Shown one piece after another: positions 1 through 8,938 of a DNA stretch of 64,000 bases; the stretch's first letter is position 1; each line of letters starts with the position of its first letter. The DNA is taken from NCBI GenBank assembly GCA_965215565.1, contig CBDCDZ010000004.1, positions 160,001-224,000 on the forward strand. The letters are read 5' to 3'. The notes beneath the pieces were generated by a model. It was not told the DNA's origin, did no database searches, and was given only the letters and a program-made list of their open reading frames with translations. The stretch is from Trueperaceae bacterium. GTDB taxonomy: Bacteria > Deinococcota > Deinococci > Deinococcales > Trueperaceae. A program made the position numbers and the translations under genes.

Positions 1-56
1 GGTCTGACAGTACTTTAGGACCAAGCCGCTTAGTACGAGTGATGCTCCGCAACTTT

Positions 57-183
57 TAGCAGTTCCAAAACATACTGAGACGGATGGGCGCAGGTATCAT
101 CCTAGAACGTGCGTGCTGCACAATATTCTTAAAAGTGAGAGTGTTGCTTCGCATCGCTTCTCTTAATATACGGATACCTGCTA
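57..183 (-). mobile_element. MITE family A copy with a TGCTTCGCA mini-element (about 145-165); one end degenerate
   Basis: TAGCAGTTCCAAAACATACTGAGACGGATG...GATACCTGCTA matches the reverse complement of 5915-6025. Confidence 0.85.
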
Positions 184-286
184 TTTGAAGACGCTCTAAC
201 CTAATGAGTGCTGCGGCGCTGTCCTCCTCGCTCCTCTTTCGTATGCTCATCCTGAGGTATTAGCCTCAACCATAGGGGGAGTAGAC

Positions 287-760
287 ATGAACGAAGACAA
301 TCTTAGACAACTCTTAGCCGACGGTCTGCCAGCTCTCAAAGCCGGCGGGCGCATCGCCGCCGAATCAGCCGACGAGATCAAATCGTCCGCTTCTGATTCA
401 GAGCTGAAGTCGCTCTTGGAGACCGGCAACGAGAAGTCTAAAGAGTGGCGAGAGCGCGTGAACCGGGCGATGGAGGAAGTGGGCGCGAGCGGCGAGGGCG
501 AGAACCCGATCATGAGAGCGCACTACGACGTCTCGAAGCAGATTCGTGAGGCTGCGCCGGATGACCAGGTGCGCGACCTCGGCATTATCGCCTCAGGGCA
601 GTTAGTGTTGCACTATTGGATCGCAGCGTTCGGCACAATGGCGGCGTACGCGAAGCAGCTCAACCTGGAACAGACCAAGCAGGAGATGGGAAGCTCTATG
701 GAGGAGGCGAAGGAGGCGGACGAGGCGCACACGAAGCTCGCCGAGCGGATCATGAGCTAA
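287..760 (+). CDS. DUF892 (YciE/YciF-like) ferritin-like protein
   Basis: RDLGIIASGQLVLHYWIAAFGTM resembles the DUF892 RDAxxIxxxQxxEHYEIAxYGT motif; GGGGAG RBS. Confidence 0.75.
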   Translation: MNEDNLRQLLADGLPALKAGGRIAAESADEIKSSASDSELKSLLETGNEKSKEWRERVNRAMEEVGASGEGENPIMRAHYDVSKQIREAAPDDQVRDLGIIASGQLVLHYWIAAFGTMAAYAKQLNLEQTKQEMGSSMEEAKEADEAHTKLAERIMS

Positions 761-782
761 GACGCCGGACTGACGGGAGACA

Positions 783-810
783 AGGAGGGGCTCATGGTGA
801 GCCCCTTCTC
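783..810 (+). terminator. GC-rich hairpin, putative terminator
   Basis: GAGGGGGCTC-ATGGT-GAGCCCCTTC just after the stop at 760. Confidence 0.5.
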
Positions 811-858
811 TCATATTTGATTGGGGCGACAGCGGCGTGAGGCTGTTACACTAGCCGG

Positions 859-1380
859 ATGATCTTCTTCAACTCCTGGGCAGATATAGGGCGCGTGCTG
901 CTGGTCGGTCCGCTCGCCTACCTTACCCTCCTGCTGATGCTGCGCGTTTCGGGCAAAAGAACGCTCTCAAAGCTTAACGCCTTCGACTTCATCGTTACGG
1001 TTGCTTTGGGCTCGGTGCTGGCGAGCACGCTTTTGAGTAAAGACGTGGCGCTCACCGAGAGCGTCGCGGCGCTGGCTGTACTCATCGTTGGTCAGTTTGT
1101 CATCACCTACCTGTCGGTGCGTTCAAAACGCTTCCAGAGCTTCGTCAAGGGGGAGCCAACGCTTCTCTATTACAAACAGCGCTTTTTAGAGGCACAAATG
1201 AGGCGTGCACGTGTGACGAAAGAGGAGGTGAGAGCGGCGGTGCGGGCGAGTGGGCAGGGGTCGCTTGAACGAGTCGGAGCAGTTGTTCTCGAGACGGATG
1301 GCAGCTTGTCGGTGGTAGGAAGTTCAGAGAGCAGCGCTAGCGAGTGGCTTGCGAATGTCGCTGAGCCTGGAGAGGGATGA
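859..1380 (+). CDS. DUF421/YetF family membrane protein
   Basis: SGKRTLSKLNAFDFIVTVALGS, three TM segments, C-terminal VVLETDGSLSV. Confidence 0.9.
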   Translation: MIFFNSWADIGRVLLVGPLAYLTLLLMLRVSGKRTLSKLNAFDFIVTVALGSVLASTLLSKDVALTESVAALAVLIVGQFVITYLSVRSKRFQSFVKGEPTLLYYKQRFLEAQMRRARVTKEEVRAAVRASGQGSLERVGAVVLETDGSLSVVGSSESSASEWLANVAEPGEG

Positions 1381-1689
1381 ACCGTAGGACCGAGCACGGC
1401 TTGTGCGAGAGACGCGCGCAACTGTTGCACGAGAATTTAGTCTACTATGATGCTTAGTCGTATTTCTCAGCCTGTAAACGGCTCGCCATAAACTCTTAGA
1501 ATAAACGTTCTGCGTAATAAGTTCAAAAACTGCTAGTTATTGCGTGCATCACGCAATAACTAACCTTGCATCTTAGGGAATCCGAGATTTAGCGTTTAGG
1601 ACGATAAAAACTACCTCATTTTTTCCTATTTCGCAGATGATTTAATAAGAGATGCCTGGCAGCATCCTCTACGTCAACTATGATGCGTT

Positions 1690-1742
1690 TAGCAGTTCCA
1701 AGATATATTGAGACAAAATGCCGCTTTCTGAAAGCCCGCAGG
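1690..1742 (-). mobile_element. MITE family A remnant with a CCTGCGGGCTTTCAGAAA-type mini-element
   Basis: TAGCAGTTCCAAGATATATTGAGAC end, then TTTCTGAAAGCCCGCAGG (reverse complement of the inserts near 7432 and 17367). Confidence 0.6.
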
Positions 1743-2015
1743 AAGGATGCCCGTCCAGATGACGTCGGTCTGGACGATATCGACCTCGCTCGACTGCGTT
1801 TCGAAGTATTGCAAGTACAAGGCGAGGCGGCCATCGGCCTGCTCGGGCGTCTGCACGAGGTTGATGGTGACGCCTGGGTTTTCCTCCATGTAGCGTTCAG
1901 CCAGCGTCTGCGTGATTTCGAACTCTTCACCGACTGTGACGATGGCGATGATGACGTCTTCTTACGCCCAAGCGGTGCTCACGAATAGAAAAAGAACGAG
2001 AATAAAGCGGACCAT
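1743..2015 (-). pseudogene. Truncated sugar (trehalose/maltose-type) ABC substrate-binding protein
   Basis: GAGGT RBS, ATG at 2015; signal peptide MVRFILVLFLFVSTAWA, then TAA (1962-1964), then in frame ...RLALYLQYFETQSSEVDIVQTDVIWTGIL; ends at the MITE remnant. Confidence 0.75.
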
Positions 2016-2071
2016 AGCGACCTCTTTTCAGCGCCCCGAGTTGTGTGTTCGGGTCTGGTATAGCCTAAATA

Positions 2072-2182
2072 TAGCAGGTATCATCTGGTTTGAGCCAATC
2101 TCACTAAAGAGAACATTGTTTAGCACGCACTTTAGGGGATGATATCTGCGCCATTTCAGCTCAATGTTTATGATAACCGCTT
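2072..2182 (+). mobile_element. MITE family A copy (111 bp, no inserts)
   Basis: TAGCAGGTATCATCTGGT...TAGCACGCAC...GATGATATCTGCG; right end degenerate. Confidence 0.85.
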
Positions 2183-2304
2183 TAGTGAGGCGCGTATCAC
2201 GTTCACCCTCGATGACGCACCCTTCGCTTTACATCCTTTCGGGCGTAGTTTTGGACGCCTGACTCGAGCCGAAGAACATCAAGGGCTTAATGTACCTTTA
2301 TCGC

Positions 2305-3210
2305 TCAGGAGCCCGCTGGAGGCTGGAGCTGAACGAGCAAGAAACCCGCCTCGGAAGGGTTGCGCAGCGCACCCCGCACGATGACGTCGCCGTCCTCGAG
2401 CGCCGCACGCACCTCACCCAACCTCACGTTACTGCCCGTCGAGGTGCGGAAGGCAGCCCGAAAGCCCGAACTTCCGCTCAGCAGGTTGTCCAGGGAGCCG
2501 AGCGTCACCGAAAACTGCCCCTGCTGAGCCTCCTCCGGGGCAACATGGAGCGCGAAGAGATTCGGCGTGCGTTCGGCTAGACTGGTCGCCAGGGCCTGCT
2601 CGAGTTCTGGAATCTCCGAGTGGTCGGCGTCCGAGGGCGCGAGGTCCGGCCCGTTACAAGCACATACGCTCTCACGCCACACCTTACTATTTTGCACCGC
2701 GCCGATCAACAGTTGACCGTGTAGCAGTTCGTGGTAAACCAGCGTACGGTTGGTGAGCACGTCAAGCGGAGACTGCGCGCTGGTATCCGTTTCGCTGAGC
2801 GCCGCTGGGTCAAAGGCAAGAACGTTGTCAAAGGTGATCGTCTTTTCCTGCGGCCCAGTCCGCACGCTGCCGCGCCAGAGGTAGACACCCGCTCGGTCGC
2901 TCGATTGCGCCTGTAGCGCGCCGTCCCACCGCTGTAGCGACGTGGTGATAGTGATGGAGACAGTTTCTACTGCGCTCCCTCGAGGACAACGGACCGAGAG
3001 GTTGATTGGTTGCGAGAGGCTTCCAATAACCTCACTTACGTCAGCGGGCAAGGGTAACTGCTGCAGGTCAGCTAACACGCGCTCGAAGGTTTGCTTTGTG
3101 CTCTCGGGGGCGGGTTGTGTGGACGCCGAACCCAGAAGAAGTAGAAGTATGATGCTCGCACCAAAAGCTCGAGCCCTGCTTCTTAGATACGGTCCTGCTC
3201 GCTGAGTCAT
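2305..3210 (-). CDS. Secreted hypothetical protein with HExxH motif (possible zinc metallopeptidase)
   Basis: Hydrophobic signal IILLLLLGSA; LVYHELLHG; ATG overlaps the upstream ORF stop (ATGA). Confidence 0.6.
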   Translation of the reverse strand: MTQRAGPYLRSRARAFGASIILLLLLGSASTQPAPESTKQTFERVLADLQQLPLPADVSEVIGSLSQPINLSVRCPRGSAVETVSITITTSLQRWDGALQAQSSDRAGVYLWRGSVRTGPQEKTITFDNVLAFDPAALSETDTSAQSPLDVLTNRTLVYHELLHGQLLIGAVQNSKVWRESVCACNGPDLAPSDADHSEIPELEQALATSLAERTPNLFALHVAPEEAQQGQFSVTLGSLDNLLSGSSGFRAAFRTSTGSNVRLGEVRAALEDGDVIVRGALRNPSEAGFLLVQLQPPAGS

Positions 3211-3403
3211 GCCTCCCGCCACGCCTCCTCGTTGCGCTTTTTGAAGTCACTAAACGCATTTACGAGTCCCTTTGTCGTCTCCACCAAAGTCTTGAAAAGC
3301 GCCTCGACGCGCGGATCTTCAACCTTGACGTCTAAGTGCGTTACCAATTCCTGCCTCATGCTTTACTCTTCTGCGTGTGCTGCTTCAGGTTGTCTACCAC
3401 CAT
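3207..3403 (-). pseudogene. Small hypothetical protein with an apparent 1-nt frameshift
   Basis: AAAGGAG RBS, ATG at 3403 gives MVVDNLKQHTQKSKA*; the shifted frame continues MRQELVTHLDVKVEDPRVEALFKT...FKKRNEEAWREA*. Confidence 0.5.
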
Positions 3404-3574
3404 TTACGCTCCTTTGCTGACACTTTAGGGTGTTTGTCCTTGCCTAACCTGGCAAGCTCGCACAATCGAGGGCTCGCAAAGTGCGCACTAAGAATATTGG
3501 TCTTGTTCAACCGCGAACCGGTCAGTCGGTGGACCGATCCTTCCTCTATCTATGTTACTCGTATGTCTATGTTA

Positions 3575-3674
3575 TACGAGGTTGCACGGCTTAGTTTGCA
3601 AACTAAGCCGTGCCCATCTATGATGGTAAGCTCTGACGCCCTCCGTAAGGATAAGCAAACCGTGCAATTCCGCA
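3575..3674 (+). mobile_element. MITE-like family B copy
   Basis: Ends TACGAGGTTGCA...TGCAATTCCG(C/T)A; internal perfect palindrome GCACGGCTTAGTTTGCAAACTAAGCCGTGC; homologues at 23755 and 31805. Confidence 0.8.
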
Positions 3675-3741
3675 TTACTCGTACGACCGGCACAGATACT
3701 CGGTACCCGTGTTCCTTTAGAATTAAAGAGAGGGGGAGATA

Positions 3742-5910
3742 ATGACTACAGAGATAACCTGTCGTTTCCGCGCTGAACCCGGACCGTGGACCGGTTGGCA
3801 GGACGATTGGGCGGTAGCTGAAGAGTTGGTCGCTCAGATGACCTTAGATGAAAAGGTCGCGCTCGTGTCGGCTCCGGTAGCAGTGGACGCCGCGCCGGAG
3901 GGCGCACACGGCTCGGCTGCGGCCACGCCCGGTGTGCCTCGCATGGGTATTCCTATGTGGGACGAGAGCGACGCTAGCATGGGGGTCACCAACCCTAATG
4001 GCGTCCGCAGTCAAGAGAACGTCACCGCCTTCCCCTCGCTGATTGCGCTCGGCGCGACCTTCTGCAAGGGCGCAGCGCACGCGGTGGGCGAGGCTGTCGG
4101 CGCTCAGTCGCGGCACTTGGGTTTCTCCGTCCAGCTCGCTGGGGGCATGAACCTGGTCCGCGAGCCGCGCGGCGGGCGCATCTTCGAGTACGTCGGCGAG
4201 GACGCGCTACACTCCGGGATGCTCACGGGGGCGTCCGTCGCAGGTATTCAGTCTCAAGGCGTCGTCTCGACGCTCAAGCATTTCGCCCTCAACCCCGAGG
4301 AAACCGGACGGGTGATGGTCAGCTCGGATATCAGCGAAAAGGCGCTGCGTGAGTCTGACCTGCTCTCGTTCCAGCTTGCCGTCGAACACGGTCAACCGCG
4401 CTCGATCATGACCGGCTACAACATGGTCAACAAAATTTATGCGTCGGAAAGTCACTTCCTGCTCACTGCGGTTCTCAAGGGCGACTGGCAGTTCAAGGGC
4501 TTCGTCATGTCGGACTGGGGCGCGACCCATTCAACTGACCATGCGGCGTGGGCTGGGCTCGATCGGCAGTCGGGCTGGGACCTGGACACGGCGCATTTCT
4601 TCGGCGAGCCGCTGAAGAGCGCGGTGATAGGGGGTAGGGTCAGCGAGGCGCGGTTGGACGATATGGTGACCCGTATCCTCGCCTCGCTGCACTCCGTTGG
4701 TGCGCTAAAGGGGCGTCGGCTGCGGGACCCCGCTCCATTGCCACGCCATCTCGAGGTCGCGCAGAGGGTAGCTGAGCAGTCCACCGTGCTACTGAAAAAC
4801 GACGGTGTCTTGCCGCTAAACTCGCCGCAGAGTCGTATCGCTGTCCTCGGTGAAAACGCCGATCTCGGGGTGCTGTCGGGCGGCGGAAGCTCGGCAGTGA
4901 CGCCACCTGACCACGCTAAAAGAGAGGGGATGCGCGTTCCGCAGATGGAGTTCCCGCGCATCTATCACGGTCCTTCGCCGCTGGCGGCGCTGAAAGCACG
5001 CTTTGACGAAGAGGTGGTATTTCTAGGTGAAGACCCATCGGCGCTACGCGACGACGACATCGCCATCATCTTTGCTGAGAAATGGGCTACTGAAGGCTGG
5101 GACGCCCCCGACCTCTCTTTGGGTGACGCTCAAGGTGACTTGATTGCGCGTGCGGCGGCGCGGGCGGCCCGCACGGTGGTAGTCCTGGAGACACCGGGGG
5201 CGGTGTTGATGCCCTGGCTGGACGACGTATCAGCGGTGCTGGCTGCGTGGTACGGCGGCACTGCCGGGGCGGAGGCGATCGCGGCGGTGCTGGCGGGCGA
5301 TGTGACGCCTTCGGGTCGGCTGCCGGTCAGTTTTCCGGTCAAAGAGGCGGACCTGCCGCGTCCGAAGGTGCGCTCTTCTGAAAACACGACGTCCTTTCCG
5401 GGGCAACCGCGCCGGGGCGACTACGTCGGCGTCAACTACGATATCGAGGGGGCCGATGTTGGCTACCGCTGGCACGCGCGCGAGAGGCAACCGGCCCTGT
5501 TCCCATTTGGATTCGGATTATCCTACACGCGCTTCGACTATAGCGATGTCGAGATCGCGCTCAACAGCGACGGGCTGATCGAGGTGTCGCTGAAAGTGAG
5601 CAACGCAGGCGAGCGCACCGGCACCGACACGCCGCAGGTTTACATCGCGCCGCCGCCAGTCGAGCCAGCCAGCGCAAGCCGGCCGACCTTCCGTCTCGCT
5701 GGCTGGGCGCGTGTTGCGCTCGAGCCGGGGCAGTCGGCGACGGTGCGCATCATCTGCGACGAACTGCGCGTGATAGCGTCCTACGACCCAGATACCCCTG
5801 GCTGGACTGTGGCTGAGGGCGACTACCGAGTCCGCCTCGCTCGGAACGCCGCAGCGGAGCCGGAGGTCGAAACGGCGCTCACGCTGCAAGGAGAGCACCT
5901 AGCGCCCTAG
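3742..5910 (+). CDS. GH3 beta-glucosidase with C-terminal Fn3-like domain
   Basis: GGRIFEY, TLKHF, nucleophile motif FVMSDWGA, SGRLPVSFP, FPFGFGLSYT. Confidence 0.95.
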   Translation: MTTEITCRFRAEPGPWTGWQDDWAVAEELVAQMTLDEKVALVSAPVAVDAAPEGAHGSAAATPGVPRMGIPMWDESDASMGVTNPNGVRSQENVTAFPSLIALGATFCKGAAHAVGEAVGAQSRHLGFSVQLAGGMNLVREPRGGRIFEYVGEDALHSGMLTGASVAGIQSQGVVSTLKHFALNPEETGRVMVSSDISEKALRESDLLSFQLAVEHGQPRSIMTGYNMVNKIYASESHFLLTAVLKGDWQFKGFVMSDWGATHSTDHAAWAGLDRQSGWDLDTAHFFGEPLKSAVIGGRVSEARLDDMVTRILASLHSVGALKGRRLRDPAPLPRHLEVAQRVAEQSTVLLKNDGVLPLNSPQSRIAVLGENADLGVLSGGGSSAVTPPDHAKREGMRVPQMEFPRIYHGPSPLAALKARFDEEVVFLGEDPSALRDDDIAIIFAEKWATEGWDAPDLSLGDAQGDLIARAAARAARTVVVLETPGAVLMPWLDDVSAVLAAWYGGTAGAEAIAAVLAGDVTPSGRLPVSFPVKEADLPRPKVRSSENTTSFPGQPRRGDYVGVNYDIEGADVGYRWHARERQPALFPFGFGLSYTRFDYSDVEIALNSDGLIEVSLKVSNAGERTGTDTPQVYIAPPPVEPASASRPTFRLAGWARVALEPGQSATVRIICDELRVIASYDPDTPGWTVAEGDYRVRLARNAAAEPEVETALTLQGEHLAP

Positions 5911-5914
5911 CTTA

Positions 5915-6025
5915 TAGCAGGTATCATCTGGTCAGAAACACTATCACTTTTTAGAACATCGTTTAGCACGCACATTCTGAGATGATATTTGCGCTCATCC
6001 GTCTCGGTATGTTTTGGAACTGCTA
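5915..6025 (+). mobile_element. MITE family A copy (111 bp, reference empty form)
   Basis: TAGCAGGTATCATCTGGTCAG...GTTTTGGAACTGCTA; terminal inverted repeat TAGCAG/CTGCTA. Confidence 0.9.
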
Positions 6026-6162
6026 TTAGGTGCACCGAGTCGTTTTAGGTGTAGAGATGAGAAACGCTGCAGGCTAAGACGCTCTACTCTTGCAAGCTGC
6101 ATTTGAAATGCTTGGCTTCAAGCTTAGGTGACTCTACTCCTGTCAATACCGTCAAACTTTAG

Positions 6163-6318
6163 TACTTGCGCACCCACCTCACAAACCTTACCCACCTGCA
6201 AACATCAAGCCTAACGAACAGGGTACGCGCCCTCACCGAATTCTTCTTCGCCACGGGCTGTGGGGTCAGCGAGACCTATCAACTCGAGATGCTCTACCGC
6301 AGGCACCTTCCGCAGTGA
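6163..6318 (+). pseudogene. Relic fragment of a tyrosine recombinase (box I-like)
   Basis: RVRALTEFFFATGCGVSE resembles RDRAxxExxxxTGxRxSE, with the catalytic Arg replaced by Gly. Confidence 0.4.
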
Positions 6319-6984
6319 GGTAGGTAAGCAACCTACGGTTACTTTTATCTCGTAACCTCGACGGCTAGAGTAACAAGCGAACAGAAAAAGGATGAGGTTA
6401 TGGGCAGCGACTTTGCGGCAGACACTCGCTCTGATGCTCCAGAAGGAGTTGCGTTGTTGTAGTGCGAGGTTGCGACAGCGCGAGAGGGAGGAGAAGACGG
6501 CCTCAATAGACTTTCTAGCTCGGGCAAAGAAACCACACCAGAAGCCTGGCTACATAGCATTTTGCTTGGGTGGGGTGTAGATGCCCAAGCCTAGATAAGC
6601 TTTGTCACCAATGAGGCTGTGCAGGTCATCGTAGCGTTCATCAAGCAAGCACCTGGCTACGGTGATGTCATGTTCGTTTGCAGGGGCGATTCCAAAGCGA
6701 CAAATAGACTCTATTCCTGTACAGATGGCGTGGAGTCTAAAGCCGTAGAACTTCTTTGTTGCACCTCCGCGTCCTGAGTCTGCTTCGCTCAGTAGGCGGT
6801 CTCTGGTATAACGCACGCCTTTGCAAATCGGTAGTTGTGAATCAATCAAGTAGACCCCATCATGCTCTGCAATGAGCAGCGCTAAGTCAGCATAAGTACG
6901 CTCAAAGTTTCGTTGGACGCGGTAGAAGCGGCTTAGTTCGGGTAGGCTAGGAAACAACGTTTGATACTCTTGCTTGACCACAAA

Positions 6985-7167
6985 TGCTAAAGTGAAGTTT
7001 AGATGTCGTACTTTTGATATCTAAACCGCGCGGAAAAGAGCCTTTAGCTGGGCGTATTATGCCGTTATCGACGCGCGTTGATTCAAAGATGCTACCTCTG
7101 GCTAAGGGCTTCTCAGCGCGTACCCTCAGACGCTCTCAATTTACGACATCATTCTTTCAGTTCAGTA
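6985..7167. mobile_element. About 180-bp insertion with imperfect terminal inverted repeats inside the IS982 gene (boundaries approximate)
   Basis: TGAAGTTTAGATGTCGTA pairs with the reverse complement of TACGACATCATTCTTTCA; separates two transposase segments. Confidence 0.55.
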
Positions 7168-7319
7168 CAAGTACCACAGCCCTTGATTTTTCTGTTGCAA
7201 TATTTCGCCCACCAGTACGCTAGTCATCAGTTCGCTATAGCTCGCTTTCTGATTGCGCTTCTTAGGCAGGCTCAAGTGTCCTAATCTCTGAACGGCTTGC
7301 AAGTAATCATCGACCAATA

Positions 7320-7576
7320 TAGCAAGTATCATTTGGTTTGAGTGAACGAAGTTATGCGAAGAGACGCTCTCACGATGTAGAACACCGTTGCCTAACGGCA
7401 AACTACGTCATTCGCTTTGCGAAAACTTCGTCCCTACGGGCTTTCAGAAAGCAGCACGCACATTTGAGAATGAAATCCCGCTCTCAGGCGAAGCCGTCCC
7501 GCTAGGCTTTGCCTGAGAGCGGGATGGCTGCGGCTGAGACTTGCGCTATTCCAATCAGTACTTATGTCAATTGCTA
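7320..7576 (+). mobile_element. MITE family A copy expanded to 257 bp by three nested inserts; TA target duplication
   Basis: TA at 7318-7319 and 7577-7578; removing the element and one TA restores the transposase frame AVYVLVDDYL. Confidence 0.92.
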
Positions 7577-7739
7577 TACATACACAGCCGTGAAAATGTC
7601 TGTTACAGTTTGTTTCGAGAGAAGTTCTGTGGATCGCATAACCGTGAGCTTCTCTCTTCTTTACCTCTTTGCCAACTAGCAGTCGAGGTACGTAGTGCCA
7701 AACTTAAAGTGTAGAACCTTTACTTTGAGAGAGGATGCG

Positions 7740-7922
7740 ATGACTCAAAAAGCGATACAAGAACTCGAGTCCTTACCCGAAGAGCTTTTGGATGAGGTGC
7801 TGGATTTTGCCCGCTATCTAAAAGCTAGACGTGCCCGTACAAATGACGCCCTCCTTAGTGAGGCAGCGCTGGCGCGTGAATGGAACACCCCTGAAGAGGA
7901 CGAGGTTTGGCAGAATTTGTAG
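7740..7922 (+). CDS. DUF2281-like putative antitoxin
   Basis: LESLPEELLDEVLDFARYLK...LLSEAALAREWNTPEEDEVW; GAGAGG RBS. Confidence 0.75.
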   Translation: MTQKAIQELESLPEELLDEVLDFARYLKARRARTNDALLSEAALAREWNTPEEDEVWQNL

Positions 7923-8136
7923 CCGAAGTTTGACGACGCCCAGCCTTATCGAAACGGTGAAGTAAAGCGTGAAGAAGAGGTTGAGGAAGGGCTCGAGGCA
8001 AGACTAGTTCACTTCACATAGGTATCAGGTTAAACGCTCGGCGTGTTTGAATATGCAGGTTCGTTATGCGCAAATTATCCGAGCGCAGGAGCAAACCCGT
8101 AGTGGACGGTAGTGTCCAGCGACATTATTGGGTTCT

Positions 8137-8844
8137 CTAGTGTCGATCTAGCTTCATCACGCTCTCGATCTTCTCGAGATGTGCAGCCTCAACCTCTGCC
8201 CATTTATCTTCGTTTTCTCCACCTTCACGTAACGCTTTTGCGTTCCAGCCTGTCGGTGCTAAATCGTCGATGAAGATGATCAGGAGTTCTTTACGGTTTG
8301 CAGCGTCAGGAACGTGAACAAGTCTTGCGTAAGTATACTCGTCAGGGTATCTGTAACCCTCGTCGGCGAGAAACTGACGCACGAGATAACCATCTGTTCC
8401 GGGTTGATCAAACTGAAATCTTCCGAGAGCAACTCCAGCCGCAGTATCTGTGTAGAAACCAAAGTCCCCTATCTGCACGCGGAGCGGAGAATCTGTGTAG
8501 TCATAGGCGTAATCGTTGTCCGGTAAGAAACCTTCGAATTGCAGCCAAAAGAAGCTTTTCAGCGTTCCGTCCGGGTGTTCTTCAACAAAAAAATGCTGTT
8601 CGACCTCGGCAGTGCCGTAAAGCGTAAAGGTCTGACCGCCAAGGTAGGTGTAGTTTTCACTAAAAGTCATGAGCACGGCAGGGTCAGCGGTGGACGAGAG
8701 GACGTTACCCAGAACGCTTCTTCTCAATCCGGAAAATTCAGGTTGCGTCGTTAGTCTAGCGGGGTCCGTCAGGTAAAAATAGGTAACAGCGGCACTGAGA
8801 ACGGTGAGAACAGCGCCGATCACGAACCAGATGATTTTCTTCAT
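8137..8844 (-). CDS. Hypothetical protein with N-terminal membrane anchor
   Basis: 235-aa ORF starting MKKIIWFVIGAVLTVLSAAV. Confidence 0.75.
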   Translation of the reverse strand: MKKIIWFVIGAVLTVLSAAVTYFYLTDPARLTTQPEFSGLRRSVLGNVLSSTADPAVLMTFSENYTYLGGQTFTLYGTAEVEQHFFVEEHPDGTLKSFFWLQFEGFLPDNDYAYDYTDSPLRVQIGDFGFYTDTAAGVALGRFQFDQPGTDGYLVRQFLADEGYRYPDEYTYARLVHVPDAANRKELLIIFIDDLAPTGWNAKALREGGENEDKWAEVEAAHLEKIESVMKLDRH

Positions 8845-8938
8845 GTCCAGTCATCCTAACGGGCTCATAATTTCCGTGCGAGCTCCGAACCGCACCTCTC
8901 ACAACTCGGTCAAGACGTTGCTACACTTTTTAGAAACG

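Larger units (their letters stand above)
6550..7639 (-). pseudogene. IS982-family transposase, interrupted twice and 3'-truncated
   Basis: Reconstructed as MRSTELLSKQTVTDIFTAVYVLVDDYL...KASYSELMT...LWYL / VKQEYQTLFPSLPELSRFYR...IDS..PIC...FYGFRLH...PANEHD...GDKAY. Confidence 0.85.

Noticed and set aside
56..250. Short ORFs with DQMIPA / MISA / AGIIW / WNC motifs (also 1912, 2139, 17710, 19724, 26445, 49485, 50053)
   Set aside because: They are translations of MITE A sequence, not a peptide family
3575..6025. Composite transposon carrying the GH3 gene
   Set aside because: The flanking elements belong to different families and no shared target duplication is evident
6345..6580. ORFs 6392-6580 and 6345-6560 as transposase pieces
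   Set aside because: No motif I can support; left uncalled
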